A DNA stretch of 64,000 nt from an uncultured Anaerolineales bacterium (GTDB taxonomy: Bacteria > Chloroflexota > Anaerolineae > Anaerolineales > UBA11858), in the NCBI GenBank assembly GCA_964613985.1, contig CAZTJD010000009.1:859-64858 (forward strand). Reading direction: 5' to 3'. Shown piece after piece: positions 24,353-42,388 of the stretch. The notes under the pieces are model-generated. The model did not search any database, was not told the DNA's origin, and saw only the letters and a program-made list of their open reading frames with translations. The translations under genes were made by a program, and so were the position numbers. Positions within the stretch are counted from its first letter, which is position 1. The number at the start of each line of letters is the position of its first letter.

Positions 24353-26362
24353 TTAACCCTTCACCTGGGTGAGGATAGCCACCTGATATGGAGGTAATTC
24401 GAGCGCTTGATCGAATTCGACATCAGTCAGGTGATCGTAAACTGGCCAGGGCATCTGAAGGGTTTTTCCAGTAGGGGTATGGTTGATCACAATATAAGCC
24501 TTTTCGCCATTGAAAAGCTGGCGGGTGCAAATTTCGATGCCTGGCGAGGTAGTAATTGTGGTTACTGCGGCGGTCTTAAGTACCCGGGTTAGCAAAATCT
24601 GTTGTGCTGCGTCATCAAGGTATGCACCGACGTAGTAAACCAATCCCTTACCAAACGAATGAACGGTGATGGCAATTTGGTCATCCAGCCAACCATTGGA
24701 TTTCCCGAACCGTGCAATGACACGCGCAGTTTTCTTCCCTACAAGCGACAGCCGTTCAGCCCAAAGTTTCGAATTCCCATCGAACCAGTTCCCAGTAATC
24801 GGAACCGGTTCAATGAGTGCAAAATACTCCTCAACCTCAACTCCTGCGATCTCTACTAACCCGCCAGGTTGGCGCTTTGGCAGCAGGGCGTTATATTCGT
24901 CCTTCATTCCACAGCGGATGGTTAAGACCAAATGTCCCCCCTTTTCCACGTAATCCCTCAATACTGCGACCCTATCTTGATTTTGGAATAATAAGGTCGG
25001 AGCAATCACCAGGCGATATCCTGTCAAATTTCCGATATTTATTCCTCTTGTGGATAAAACATCCACGGGTACATTCCTCAATTCCAACGGACGGTAGTAA
25101 TGGGTAAAATGCTCGATATAATCAAAGTCTCGGTGATGAGGCTGCCATTGAATCGACCACATACTGTCATAATCATTGAGCATGGCTACATTAGCCTTGA
25201 TTTCTGATCTTGCCAGGATGGGGGAGATGGTCTTGAATCGTCTTGCCAGCTGCTTTACCTCCTCGTAGAAGGGTCGCGGTCGGCCCGATTGGTCGACAAG
25301 GGTCCCATGAAGTTGTTCCTGACCGCCAAGTGCTGAGCGCCACTGCCAGTAGAGGACTGCATCAGCACCATGACCCACTGCATGCCAGGCCATTGCGGTC
25401 GCCTCTCCCCGATTGAGAAAATTGTTGATCGGCTTCCAGTTAATGCTGCCTGGTTGGGTTTCAATAAGCCAAAAATTTTCCTTCTTGAATCCTCGAATCA
25501 GGTCATGTAGAACTCCCGAGGAGGTATAGTCGTTGTGTCCCATACCCACATACCAATCCCAGGAGGCAATATCCAGGTCTTTACTCATGACATAATGGTC
25601 ATATCCATCAAACCATTTCATGAAATTATGGGTCACCCATACACCCTTAGACAGGTACGGGTGTAGGCTCTCCACCTGAAGGCGTTGAAACTTCCGGTAA
25701 CTCTCCGTAATGAAATGTTTGAATTCCAACATCAACCCTGGATTATGGGGCCCGATAGGAATAGGAATTTGTCTCCAATCTGAATAAGTCTGACTCCAAT
25801 AAGCAGTCGACCAACGCTTATTGAGATTTTCCAAGGAACCGTATCGATCCTGCAAAAAATCTTGGAACAATCTCCGACAGCGGTCACAATAGCATACCCG
25901 GTGGTACTCATTATCAAACTGCCAACCAATAACACTGGGATTCTGCCCAAAGCGTTCTCCTAAAGCTTTCACGATGCGCTGAACGGCGGTATGAAATTCG
26001 GGCGAGTTAACACAATAGTGACAGCGGTTGCCAACTTGGACCCGCTGTCCAAATTGGTTCACAGCCAGGAGGTCCGGGTATTGTTGAACAAGCCAGTTTG
26101 GTGGAGCTGCCGTGGGTGTCCCCAAAACAGTAACAATCCCTGATGATGCCAGCATGTCAATCGCGCTCACAAGCCAGTCGAAACGGAATTCCCCGGCAGA
26201 AGGCTCCAGACTGGACCAAGCAAACTCGCCCATGCGCACGACCGTCAGACCGGCTTCTCGCATCAAGCGGATATCCTCAGGCCAGTGATCTTCAGACCAG
26301 TGTTCGGGATAATAGGATACCCCAAGGTGGAGTTGGGAGGCAGATCTGAAATTTCTCGTCAT
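24353..26362 (-). CDS. GH42 beta-galactosidase
   Basis: 669 aa. N-terminal GVSYYPEHW...VVRMGEFAWSSLEP, the WQFDNEY acid/base region, and trimerisation plus C-terminal beta domains typical of GH42. Confidence 0.9.
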   Translation of the reverse strand: MTRNFRSASQLHLGVSYYPEHWSEDHWPEDIRLMREAGLTVVRMGEFAWSSLEPSAGEFRFDWLVSAIDMLASSGIVTVLGTPTAAPPNWLVQQYPDLLAVNQFGQRVQVGNRCHYCVNSPEFHTAVQRIVKALGERFGQNPSVIGWQFDNEYHRVCYCDRCRRLFQDFLQDRYGSLENLNKRWSTAYWSQTYSDWRQIPIPIGPHNPGLMLEFKHFITESYRKFQRLQVESLHPYLSKGVWVTHNFMKWFDGYDHYVMSKDLDIASWDWYVGMGHNDYTSSGVLHDLIRGFKKENFWLIETQPGSINWKPINNFLNRGEATAMAWHAVGHGADAVLYWQWRSALGGQEQLHGTLVDQSGRPRPFYEEVKQLARRFKTISPILARSEIKANVAMLNDYDSMWSIQWQPHHRDFDYIEHFTHYYRPLELRNVPVDVLSTRGINIGNLTGYRLVIAPTLLFQNQDRVAVLRDYVEKGGHLVLTIRCGMKDEYNALLPKRQPGGLVEIAGVEVEEYFALIEPVPITGNWFDGNSKLWAERLSLVGKKTARVIARFGKSNGWLDDQIAITVHSFGKGLVYYVGAYLDDAAQQILLTRVLKTAAVTTITTSPGIEICTRQLFNGEKAYIVINHTPTGKTLQMPWPVYDHLTDVEFDQALELPPYQVAILTQVKG

Positions 26363-29226
26363 TACCGGATCCTTTCTAATCTCCGCCGTAATGCTGTGGT
26401 GATTGTAATAACCTCAGCAGAGACGATGATCAAAGAGAAGATGATTGCCAGGGTGACCATAGATTGGTCAGCAGTAAGCGGGACAAGCGGTGGAAGCGGG
26501 ATACCTCTCTCGCCGGTATACCGGAAAAAAGGCACGAACAAGTGTGCAGCCAGTATTCCGATGAATGTGCCCGTCAGAGCGCCGAAAATCGCCAAGAAAG
26601 TGTATTCCAGGACAACCTGGGTTACAATTTGACGGTGTAACAACCCCACGGCGTGCAGAACTGAAAACCGGTACATCCGCTCTCGTAAGGACGCATTGCT
26701 GTATATTAATAATCCCAGGATCGCCATTGCAGCCGAAGCCAGGAAACCGATGGTGAGTGTCCCAAAGATGCCAACACGCTCCATCTTTGCTTTTTCCTTG
26801 GCAATGAGAATCCGGGCATCCTGACCGATATTCGGAACCACCCCAACCGCTCCAGGCAGGACCTTACGGATTTCCGCCTCGCTGGCATCAGGAGCGATCT
26901 TTAACCATATTTCATGGGAAGGTATAACCCCCGAAAGGGTAGCAAGTTGGTCCATATTGCCAACCATCCCAAATCCGTTCTCTTCATAGATGGTTGGGAA
27001 ATAATTAAAAACGCCAGAAATCGTGACTCGAGACCTGATTCTATAGTAATCTGTTGTATTTATCTGAATGGGAAGCTGGTCGCCGATTTGCAGTGCATTG
27101 GTTGTCAGGAATTCCTGGGAAACCAGGATGCCGTCAGGGGAGAGTGCCAGCCGGTTCATCAATCCACCAAGAGGTTCCTGGGATAGGTCTGAACGCCACC
27201 AGGCTACCGTGGGGAAGTCCAGGCGATCGATCGCAATGAATTCCCCAAGGATTTCTCTTCCGTCAGGCAATGTTATCCGGGATGGATACGTACCCACCCG
27301 AGTTGCACCTAGAACCCCATTTACCTTCGTAAATTCTTGTGGTGCTGGCACCCAGTTGCCATCGTTATAAGTGACTCCTTCAATCAATGGCAAGGGCTGA
27401 AAAGTAATATCCGCCCCCGTTCGATAATAAATACGATCAACTAACCACTGATCCAGGCTGGTAGCCATCGATAAGGTATAGATCCCCATCGCAAGCGATA
27501 TAATCACCAGCAGCAACGGGCTGATATATTCATGACTCTGTCTTCCTAGCTGACGTAGAGCCAGGTGGATGGAGAGCCAGGGCGTACGGTTCGCCAACAC
27601 ATCCAGCATCCGCATGGCTAAAGAAAAGATGCGCATGGTTACCAGGGCTGCGGTCACAACAAATAATGCTGGCACCACGATTAGCAGAGGATCCTGGTAG
27701 AGATCTTCAGGCTGTCTGACCATCATCCCAGCTAATGAACCACGTTGAATGATTTGGCTGTAGGCGTAATAAGTGGGTAGGATGAGTAGAAGATCCAGAT
27801 AGTTTCGGTACCAAAATGGTCCCTGTGATGGGCGTGCCCACTCATGTCCTTCGGTAAGAATCTTTTGGCGGTTAACGCGCAGGAGAGGCCATATCCGGAA
27901 TACCAGGGAGACGGCTAATGCCACCACAGTCAGTGGAATACTAAGACCATGCAAAGATACTGGGAGTGGTTCACGCTGGGTGAATGCAAGAAAGCTGGTT
28001 GTATAGCCCATTGTCCGTGCGATCAACAACCCAAAAGCGATTCCCAACGGGTACCCAACAATGAATAGCAGCAATTGCTCAAGTAAGGTCATACCCAGGA
28101 TTCCAAAGATACCCATCCCACGGCTGATAAAGATTGAGATCTCCCTGCGCTGCCATTGGGCGATGATTGCTGAAACAAGTAGGAGAAAATAAAGCAAGAT
28201 GGCGAAAGCAGGCAGGTAATAACCCGTGAGGATGATGGTAAGGGTAGTGCTGCGTTTGACGAAATCTTCCAGTGGGCTAAGTGGTGGCATGTTGAGCTGT
28301 GCTCCAGGGAGGAAGCGGTTGATGAGATCCTTTCCACGTTGAAATCCAGCCAGGTATGTAGAGCTGTCTTTGGGGATCATCTTGTTCTCATCGAGGATCA
28401 CATACCAGCTTGCTTCTCGCGATCCAGCGGCAACCATTGGTTGAATGAATTTGAGATAATCGTTTCGCCGGACAACCAGGGAATCTTTCAGATTTCCATC
28501 GGGATTACTAAACCAGAAATCTGCCTCCGGGTCCTCCGCATGCCATATCCCCACAAGCCGAATTAAGACCGGGTTAACAGTTACATCAGGTCGGATGATG
28601 AATTCTTCATTTAGGTGAACACCCATTTCTTTTGCCAGGCGGTCGTGCATCCACACATCCACAACAGAGTTAGAAGTCCCATCCTCGTCAAGCGGGATCC
28701 CCTGATCGATCGCCATATGTTCAGCGATGCCAGAGATATAGACTACCTTGAGAGTTCCCAATAGATCCTTGCCCTGTTCGTATAAATCGGAACCAGGCTC
28801 AGGTTGCAGTAAAAGTGTGCCGCTGGAAATCTCAAGTCCTAAATAGCGCAGCGGCAAGCCGACTTCTGAGGATAGGATATCCCCGATATGTTTGGATAAC
28901 CTTTCAGATTCTTCCAGGGTAATGGGGAATCGAGTTGAGGGAAAAATATAAACATTCGTAGAAAATGGCGGTCTACCAGTCACACGGCTAAATTCAGCTA
29001 GATTCTGTTGCAGGATCACCCGGTCCACCCCTTCTGAGAAAAAAGCTGCGTTGGTAACTAATCCTACTGCCATGATGATTCCAAGCAAAGCTAGAATCAT
29101 CATCCCCGCGTGGTACCGTTGGCGATGTACGACCAGGAGGGTGAAATCGATCAATCGGCGAATTGGTTTCAATAGTGCTGAATTTTGCAACTTTAAGCGG
29201 TTATTCTGCATGAGATAAAAATGCAT
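26362..29226 (-). CDS. Large FtsX/MacB-type ABC permease (two FtsX modules, two big extracytoplasmic domains)
   Basis: 954 aa. An N-terminal TM, an ~300-aa loop, a 3-4 TM bundle, a central TM cluster, a second ~200-aa loop, and a C-terminal FtsX-like 3-TM bundle. Partner ATPase at 23486-24205. Confidence 0.75.
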   Translation of the reverse strand: MHFYLMQNNRLKLQNSALLKPIRRLIDFTLLVVHRQRYHAGMMILALLGIIMAVGLVTNAAFFSEGVDRVILQQNLAEFSRVTGRPPFSTNVYIFPSTRFPITLEESERLSKHIGDILSSEVGLPLRYLGLEISSGTLLLQPEPGSDLYEQGKDLLGTLKVVYISGIAEHMAIDQGIPLDEDGTSNSVVDVWMHDRLAKEMGVHLNEEFIIRPDVTVNPVLIRLVGIWHAEDPEADFWFSNPDGNLKDSLVVRRNDYLKFIQPMVAAGSREASWYVILDENKMIPKDSSTYLAGFQRGKDLINRFLPGAQLNMPPLSPLEDFVKRSTTLTIILTGYYLPAFAILLYFLLLVSAIIAQWQRREISIFISRGMGIFGILGMTLLEQLLLFIVGYPLGIAFGLLIARTMGYTTSFLAFTQREPLPVSLHGLSIPLTVVALAVSLVFRIWPLLRVNRQKILTEGHEWARPSQGPFWYRNYLDLLLILPTYYAYSQIIQRGSLAGMMVRQPEDLYQDPLLIVVPALFVVTAALVTMRIFSLAMRMLDVLANRTPWLSIHLALRQLGRQSHEYISPLLLVIISLAMGIYTLSMATSLDQWLVDRIYYRTGADITFQPLPLIEGVTYNDGNWVPAPQEFTKVNGVLGATRVGTYPSRITLPDGREILGEFIAIDRLDFPTVAWWRSDLSQEPLGGLMNRLALSPDGILVSQEFLTTNALQIGDQLPIQINTTDYYRIRSRVTISGVFNYFPTIYEENGFGMVGNMDQLATLSGVIPSHEIWLKIAPDASEAEIRKVLPGAVGVVPNIGQDARILIAKEKAKMERVGIFGTLTIGFLASAAMAILGLLIYSNASLRERMYRFSVLHAVGLLHRQIVTQVVLEYTFLAIFGALTGTFIGILAAHLFVPFFRYTGERGIPLPPLVPLTADQSMVTLAIIFSLIIVSAEVITITTALRRRLERIR

Positions 29227-29369
29227 TCACACAATCCTGGTAGCTGATGGACACTCCTTATGTGCTTACAAACAAGGACTCTATAAATGGAAATAACATT
29301 AGCAGATCTACAATCAACTGTCTTGGAAAGAACCTGGATCGGATCGTGGATATCCTCCAAAACAAACGT

Positions 29370-37669
<8,300 letters not shown>

Positions 37670-37709
37670 CCTGGCAATCATAGATAGAAAGTTTAAGCTG
37701 AAAATTCTC

Positions 37710-38777
37710 CTAAAGGGAAATACTTACGGCTCCAGTCAGGGAAAGTTCCCTGGCGTGGTGGCATTTCACATAATGAGCAGGTTCAATTTCCTTTAAAGGA
37801 GGTTCATCGGTGGAACAAACGTCTGTCGCATAAGAGCAGCGCGGGTGGAAGTAGCATCCGGATGGTGGGTCAGCAGGGTTAGCAACCTCGCCGCTAAGGA
37901 AAATTCGTTTCTCCCGAGGAAGAGGATTGGGAAGCGGGATCGCTGACATGAGCGCTTCGGTATACGGGTGTTTGGGATTGGTGAATAACTCCCTTGTTGC
38001 TGCTAATTCGACGATCTTCCCAACATACATGACTGCTACACGGTCGCTAATGTGCGCTACAACACTCAAGTCATGCGCAACAAAAAGGTAGGTTAAACCG
38101 AGGTGCTCCTGTAATTCCTTCAACAAATTCAATATTTGCGCCTGTACAGACACATCCAATGCCGAGACAGGTTCGTCACAGACAACAAATGTTGGCAGTG
38201 GAGCCAGGGAACGCGCCAGGCCGATGCGTTGACGCTGGCCACCGCTGAAGGCATGGGGATACCGACGCATGTATTCGGGTCGTAATCCGACCATATTCAG
38301 CATCTCAGCCACCCGGTCTTCAAGTTCTTTCCCACTGGCGATGCCCATCGATTTGAGAGGCGCTCCCACGATTTCCTGAAGGGTCATACGGGGATTTAAG
38401 GAGGCATAAGGATCTTGAAAGATCATCCGGATATGGCGATGGATGATGTTAATCTGCTCTTTTTCAAGCTGGGCAATGTCGATGCGTCCCAAGGATGGGT
38501 CCGTAAACCAGACCTCACCGCTGGTTGGATCAATAGCGCGTAGCATACATCGTCCCGTCGTCGTTTTTCCACAGCCACTTTCACCTACTAACCCTAATGT
38601 TTCCCCTTCGTTTACATAAAAACTTACATCATCGACTGCTTTCACATGCCCGACAACCCTTTTGAAAAAACCGCGAGTAATCGGAAAGTACTTCTTCAAA
38701 CCAATGACTTCCAGCAAAGGCTTATTGTCATCTGTATCCGTCACACTTGGACCTGTTTGGTTAATATTTTCAAGCAT
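37710..38777 (-). CDS. Opp-type ABC ATPase (OppF-like)
   Basis: [30 protein letters not shown]-terminal [10 protein letters not shown]. Confidence 0.9.
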   Translation of the reverse strand: MLENINQTGPSVTDTDDNKPLLEVIGLKKYFPITRGFFKRVVGHVKAVDDVSFYVNEGETLGLVGESGCGKTTTGRCMLRAIDPTSGEVWFTDPSLGRIDIAQLEKEQINIIHRHIRMIFQDPYASLNPRMTLQEIVGAPLKSMGIASGKELEDRVAEMLNMVGLRPEYMRRYPHAFSGGQRQRIGLARSLAPLPTFVVCDEPVSALDVSVQAQILNLLKELQEHLGLTYLFVAHDLSVVAHISDRVAVMYVGKIVELAATRELFTNPKHPYTEALMSAIPLPNPLPREKRIFLSGEVANPADPPSGCYFHPRCSYATDVCSTDEPPLKEIEPAHYVKCHHARELSLTGAVSISL

Positions 38778-38813
38778 TATGATTTCCTTGTAACATGCCA
38801 GCTTAACAGATTT

Positions 38814-39863
38814 CTAGGGGACTGCTTCCGTGTATAGGTGACATCGGACATAGTGTCCGGGTTTTGCCATAATACTCATTGGTTCCACCACATCACAAAG
38901 GTCGGGGATCATTTCGGGACAGCGTGGATAAAATGGGCAGCCCTTGAACTGGGTGTATGGATCAGGCACCATACCCTTGATCGTCTGCAGGCGCTTGCTT
39001 CGATCAGCTAGTGTGATCGTATCATTAAGTTGGGGAATGGACGCCAGTAGCCCACAGGTATAAGGGTGCAGCGGTTCAAAAAAGATGGTTTTTACATCGG
39101 ATTGCTCCACAATTTTGCCCATGTACATCACTGCCACCTCATCCGCCATCTCGGCAATCACGCCCAGGTTGTGAGTGATATACATAATTGCCATACCTAA
39201 CTCGTCCTGGAGTGATCGCATTAGATCCAGGATCTGGGCTTCAGTGGTCACATCCAAGGCGGTAGTCGGCTCATCGGCAATTAACAACGTGGGGTTACAA
39301 CAAAGTGCCATCGCGATTACAGCCCGTTGCCGCATCCCGCCACTTAATTGGAAAGGGTAATCATCAATCACTCGTTCAGGATTGGGCATCTTGGTACGTG
39401 CCAGCATATCAATGGTTTGCTCGATTGCCTCAGTATTGCTTACCTTTTGGTGCAGGATAATGACTTCCGAGATTTGTTTACCGATTGTACGGATTGGGCT
39501 CATCGCCGTCATGGGTTCCTGGAAGACCATTGATATCTGGTTGCCTCGAATATCACGAATTTCACTGCCCCTTGGGTCGAGCGTATGGATTTTTATCTCT
39601 TCCACCATTTCTGAATTATCATCTTCGGATATAGGCCTGTAATAAATAATTTCTCCACTTTCGATCCTGCCAGGATCTGGTATTAACCGCAATAAAGAAA
39701 GGGATGTAACACTCTTACCACAACCACTTTCCCCAACAACGCCCAATGTTTTTCTCTTTCGAACCACCAGGTCAGCACCATCTACAGCTCTCACCACCCC
39801 CTCAGATAGATGAAAGTAAGTATGAAGATCCTTGATTTCTACAAGCACGTCATTTTCGGCCAT
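38814..39863 (-). CDS. Opp-type ABC ATPase (OppD-like)
   Basis: GESGCGKSV, LSGGMRQR, LLIADEPTTALD, C-terminal KGCPFYPRCP. ATG 39863 follows AAGAGG; the ORF opens at 39899. Confidence 0.9.
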   Translation of the reverse strand: MAENDVLVEIKDLHTYFHLSEGVVRAVDGADLVVRKRKTLGVVGESGCGKSVTSLSLLRLIPDPGRIESGEIIYYRPISEDDNSEMVEEIKIHTLDPRGSEIRDIRGNQISMVFQEPMTAMSPIRTIGKQISEVIILHQKVSNTEAIEQTIDMLARTKMPNPERVIDDYPFQLSGGMRQRAVIAMALCCNPTLLIADEPTTALDVTTEAQILDLMRSLQDELGMAIMYITHNLGVIAEMADEVAVMYMGKIVEQSDVKTIFFEPLHPYTCGLLASIPQLNDTITLADRSKRLQTIKGMVPDPYTQFKGCPFYPRCPEMIPDLCDVVEPMSIMAKPGHYVRCHLYTEAVP

Positions 39864-39873
39864 CGAAACCTCT

Positions 39874-41037
39874 TTAAGTAACATATGGATCAGCTGCATC
39901 CCGCATGCCGTCGCCCAGAAAGTTAAACATCAGTACAGCTACAATCACGAAAGCACAAGGCCAGAGTAGCCAGGGCGTTTGGGCAATCGCCCTGATTTCC
40001 TGGGTGTCATTCAGCATCACACCCCAGCTTACGGTCGGTTCATGCAGCCCAATTCCCAGGAAGCTTAGCGAAGTCTCACCCAGGATCATGCCTGGGATAA
40101 ACAGGGTCATTTGCACGATAATATAACTGGCGAACCCGGGAAGCATATAGCGCGTAATAATCCGCCATTCACTTTCGCCATCCAATTTGGCAGCCATAAT
40201 GTAATCTTCTTCGCGCAGGCTCAGCATCTTACCTCGAACCGTGCGCGCCAGCCCGGTCCAACCCAGGATAGAGAGGATGATGGTTACCAATAAATAGGTC
40301 CGCAATTGCGGCCAGTCCTGTGGTAAAGCCGCCGCCAGGGCCATCCATAAAGGAATGGGGGGCATCGAGTACATCACATCGATCACCCTCATCACAACCT
40401 CGTCAATCAAGCCCCCAAAATAACCTGCAGCACCACCCAAAAGCATGCCAAATACAAAAGATAAGGCAATACCAATCAATCCAATGGTTAATGAGATCCG
40501 TCCACCATAGATCACCCGACTGAAGATATCTCGTCCAATCAAGTCACTCCCAAGGAAGAAGACTGGTAATTCGGGATCCGATGTGCCAAACAGGTGAAGG
40601 TCGGTTTTAAACAGTCCCCAGAATTCGTATTCATCGCCATGTACGAGCAGCTTGATCGGGTAAACGGCCTCGATATCTTCCTCGTAAACCGGGCGAAAGG
40701 TTACCGGGTCACGCCCGCGTATGATGCCGTAGATGAATAGCCCTCGAAAATTACCCTGTGTGTCCCGGATATGAATCTTCGAAGGAGCCATGGTGACATA
40801 ATCTTTGAACCTGTGGAGTGCTGCGTATGGGGCGGCAAACTCAGCAAAAATAGCGAATATGTAAAAAATCCCCAGGACAAGAGCACCCAGGTTCGCCAGC
40901 CTATGGCGCCGGAATTTCCACCATACCAACTGCCATTGTCCTGCTCGGTAGAACTCTTCCCCCTTCACTTCTATTTGGTTTTTTTTCATACCTACACGCC
41001 ATTTTTTTCTCTGGGAGTCGATCACTGTATCACTCAT
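39874..41037 (-). CDS. Opp-type ABC permease (OppC-like)
   Basis: ATG 41037 forms an ATGA overlap with the upstream permease stop. N-terminal TM plus loop, then the FLGSDLIGRDIFSRVIYGGRISL core. Confidence 0.85.
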   Translation of the reverse strand: MSDTVIDSQRKKWRVGMKKNQIEVKGEEFYRAGQWQLVWWKFRRHRLANLGALVLGIFYIFAIFAEFAAPYAALHRFKDYVTMAPSKIHIRDTQGNFRGLFIYGIIRGRDPVTFRPVYEEDIEAVYPIKLLVHGDEYEFWGLFKTDLHLFGTSDPELPVFFLGSDLIGRDIFSRVIYGGRISLTIGLIGIALSFVFGMLLGGAAGYFGGLIDEVVMRVIDVMYSMPPIPLWMALAAALPQDWPQLRTYLLVTIILSILGWTGLARTVRGKMLSLREEDYIMAAKLDGESEWRIITRYMLPGFASYIIVQMTLFIPGMILGETSLSFLGIGLHEPTVSWGVMLNDTQEIRAIAQTPWLLWPCAFVIVAVLMFNFLGDGMRDAADPYVT

Positions 41038-42035
41038 GCGCCCTCCAATTTCCCAAAACGTACCCTGGGGTCGATGACGGCTAAACAAATATCCGAAATC
41101 AAGCTGCCTACCGTAACCAACACCCCGGTGATCAGGATGTATGCGCCAGCTGTGTACATATCCTGTCTCAATAAAGAAACCCACAGAACGGGACCAGCAG
41201 TTGGAAGGTTAAGCACCACCTCCACCACCATGCCGCCAGAGAAAAACCACACCAAAAGCCACCCGATGGTGCTGATAAGAGGGTTAAGGGCAATGGGTAT
41301 CGGATAACGCATCAAAACCTGCATCTCTGAAAGCCCTTTCGATCGAGCTACAGTCACATATGGCTTACGCAGTTCATCCAGCATGGTAGCTCGCAGGGTG
41401 CGGATGACATTTGCCGTCCCACCGATTGCCAGGATGATCACCGGGATCCAGAGATGACCTAAAAAATCGACAATTCGATCCCAATTCCAAGGCAATACCA
41501 GGTATTCTGGCGAGTTCAGACCTCCCACACTGACCCCGAATTTACTCCAGGCGAAATACATGATCACTAGGGCTAACAAGAACCCAGGTGTAGCCAATCC
41601 AAAAAAGCCCATAAGCGTAAAGAAGTAATCTGCGAAGGAATACTGCTTCACTGCCACATAAATTCCAATTGGGATCGCTAATCCCCAACTCACAATGAAG
41701 CTTAAAAATGCAATAAAAAAGGTGGTGCCCATCCTGGATAAGAGGATCTCGTTGACCGATCTGTTGAATGAGAACGAATAACCAAAATCCAGCTTAGTGA
41801 TGATGTTTCCAATCCACTTGAGGTACTGTACACTCAGTGGTTGATCAAGGCCATACATCCTGGTGAATCTGGCAACTTGCAACTCATCTATTGTCACACC
41901 GCTTGCTCTCAAGCGATTGAGATATTCAGTAAGATAATCACCTGGTGGGAGTTGGATGATGATAAACGCCAGAACGGAAATGATAATAATTTGTGGGATC
42001 ATGCGCATCAGACGCTTGATGATATACCCTAACAT
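41034..42035 (-). CDS. Opp-type ABC permease (OppB-like)
   Basis: MLGYIIKRLMRMIP start 8 nt after AAGGAGG (the track start at 42044 is a GTG inside the RBS). YVTVARSKGLS motif. Confidence 0.85.
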   Translation of the reverse strand: MLGYIIKRLMRMIPQIIIISVLAFIIIQLPPGDYLTEYLNRLRASGVTIDELQVARFTRMYGLDQPLSVQYLKWIGNIITKLDFGYSFSFNRSVNEILLSRMGTTFFIAFLSFIVSWGLAIPIGIYVAVKQYSFADYFFTLMGFFGLATPGFLLALVIMYFAWSKFGVSVGGLNSPEYLVLPWNWDRIVDFLGHLWIPVIILAIGGTANVIRTLRATMLDELRKPYVTVARSKGLSEMQVLMRYPIPIALNPLISTIGWLLVWFFSGGMVVEVVLNLPTAGPVLWVSLLRQDMYTAGAYILITGVLVTVGSLISDICLAVIDPRVRFGKLEGA

Positions 42036-42330
42036 TAGATGCACCTCCTTCTTACTGGGATAAGAATATTATACATGTTTTAAACCATCATGTGGGTGGG
42101 TTGCGGAGTAATAAATAGAGGGGGAAACGGCAGGTATCACTCAGAGGTTTCCTGAACAGAGTGTGGGATTGACGACAATATCACAGGATGAATTCGACCT
42201 TTTAAACAGGATCTAAGGACAGCCCAACTCGTATTAAAAAAAGGGGGGGCTTAACTTACCAGCTTTGGTCCTTCCAAATGTTCAATGGACAACTCTAAAA
42301 CAATCTAACTCGAGGGAGACGCAAATTAGA

Positions 42331-42373
42331 TTCATAAAATACAGGATGCAAACACAGAGCTTGCATCCTGTAT
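42331..42373 (-). terminator. Hairpin terminator/attenuator after the binding-protein gene
   Basis: On the minus strand: atacaggatgcaa-gctctgtgt-ttgcatcctgtat (13-bp stem) followed by tttatg. It lies 16 nt after the SBP stop. Confidence 0.65.
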
Positions 42374-42388
42374 TGATTCAGTTAAATC

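Noticed and set aside
40771-41307. 178-aa plus-strand ORF across the junction of the two Opp-type permease genes. Also 43730-44221 and 44121-44591 opposite the SBP gene, and 44620-45015 on the minus strand.
   Set aside because: They are shadow ORFs inside or opposite well-supported genes. Their compositions are low-complexity and stop-avoiding only.
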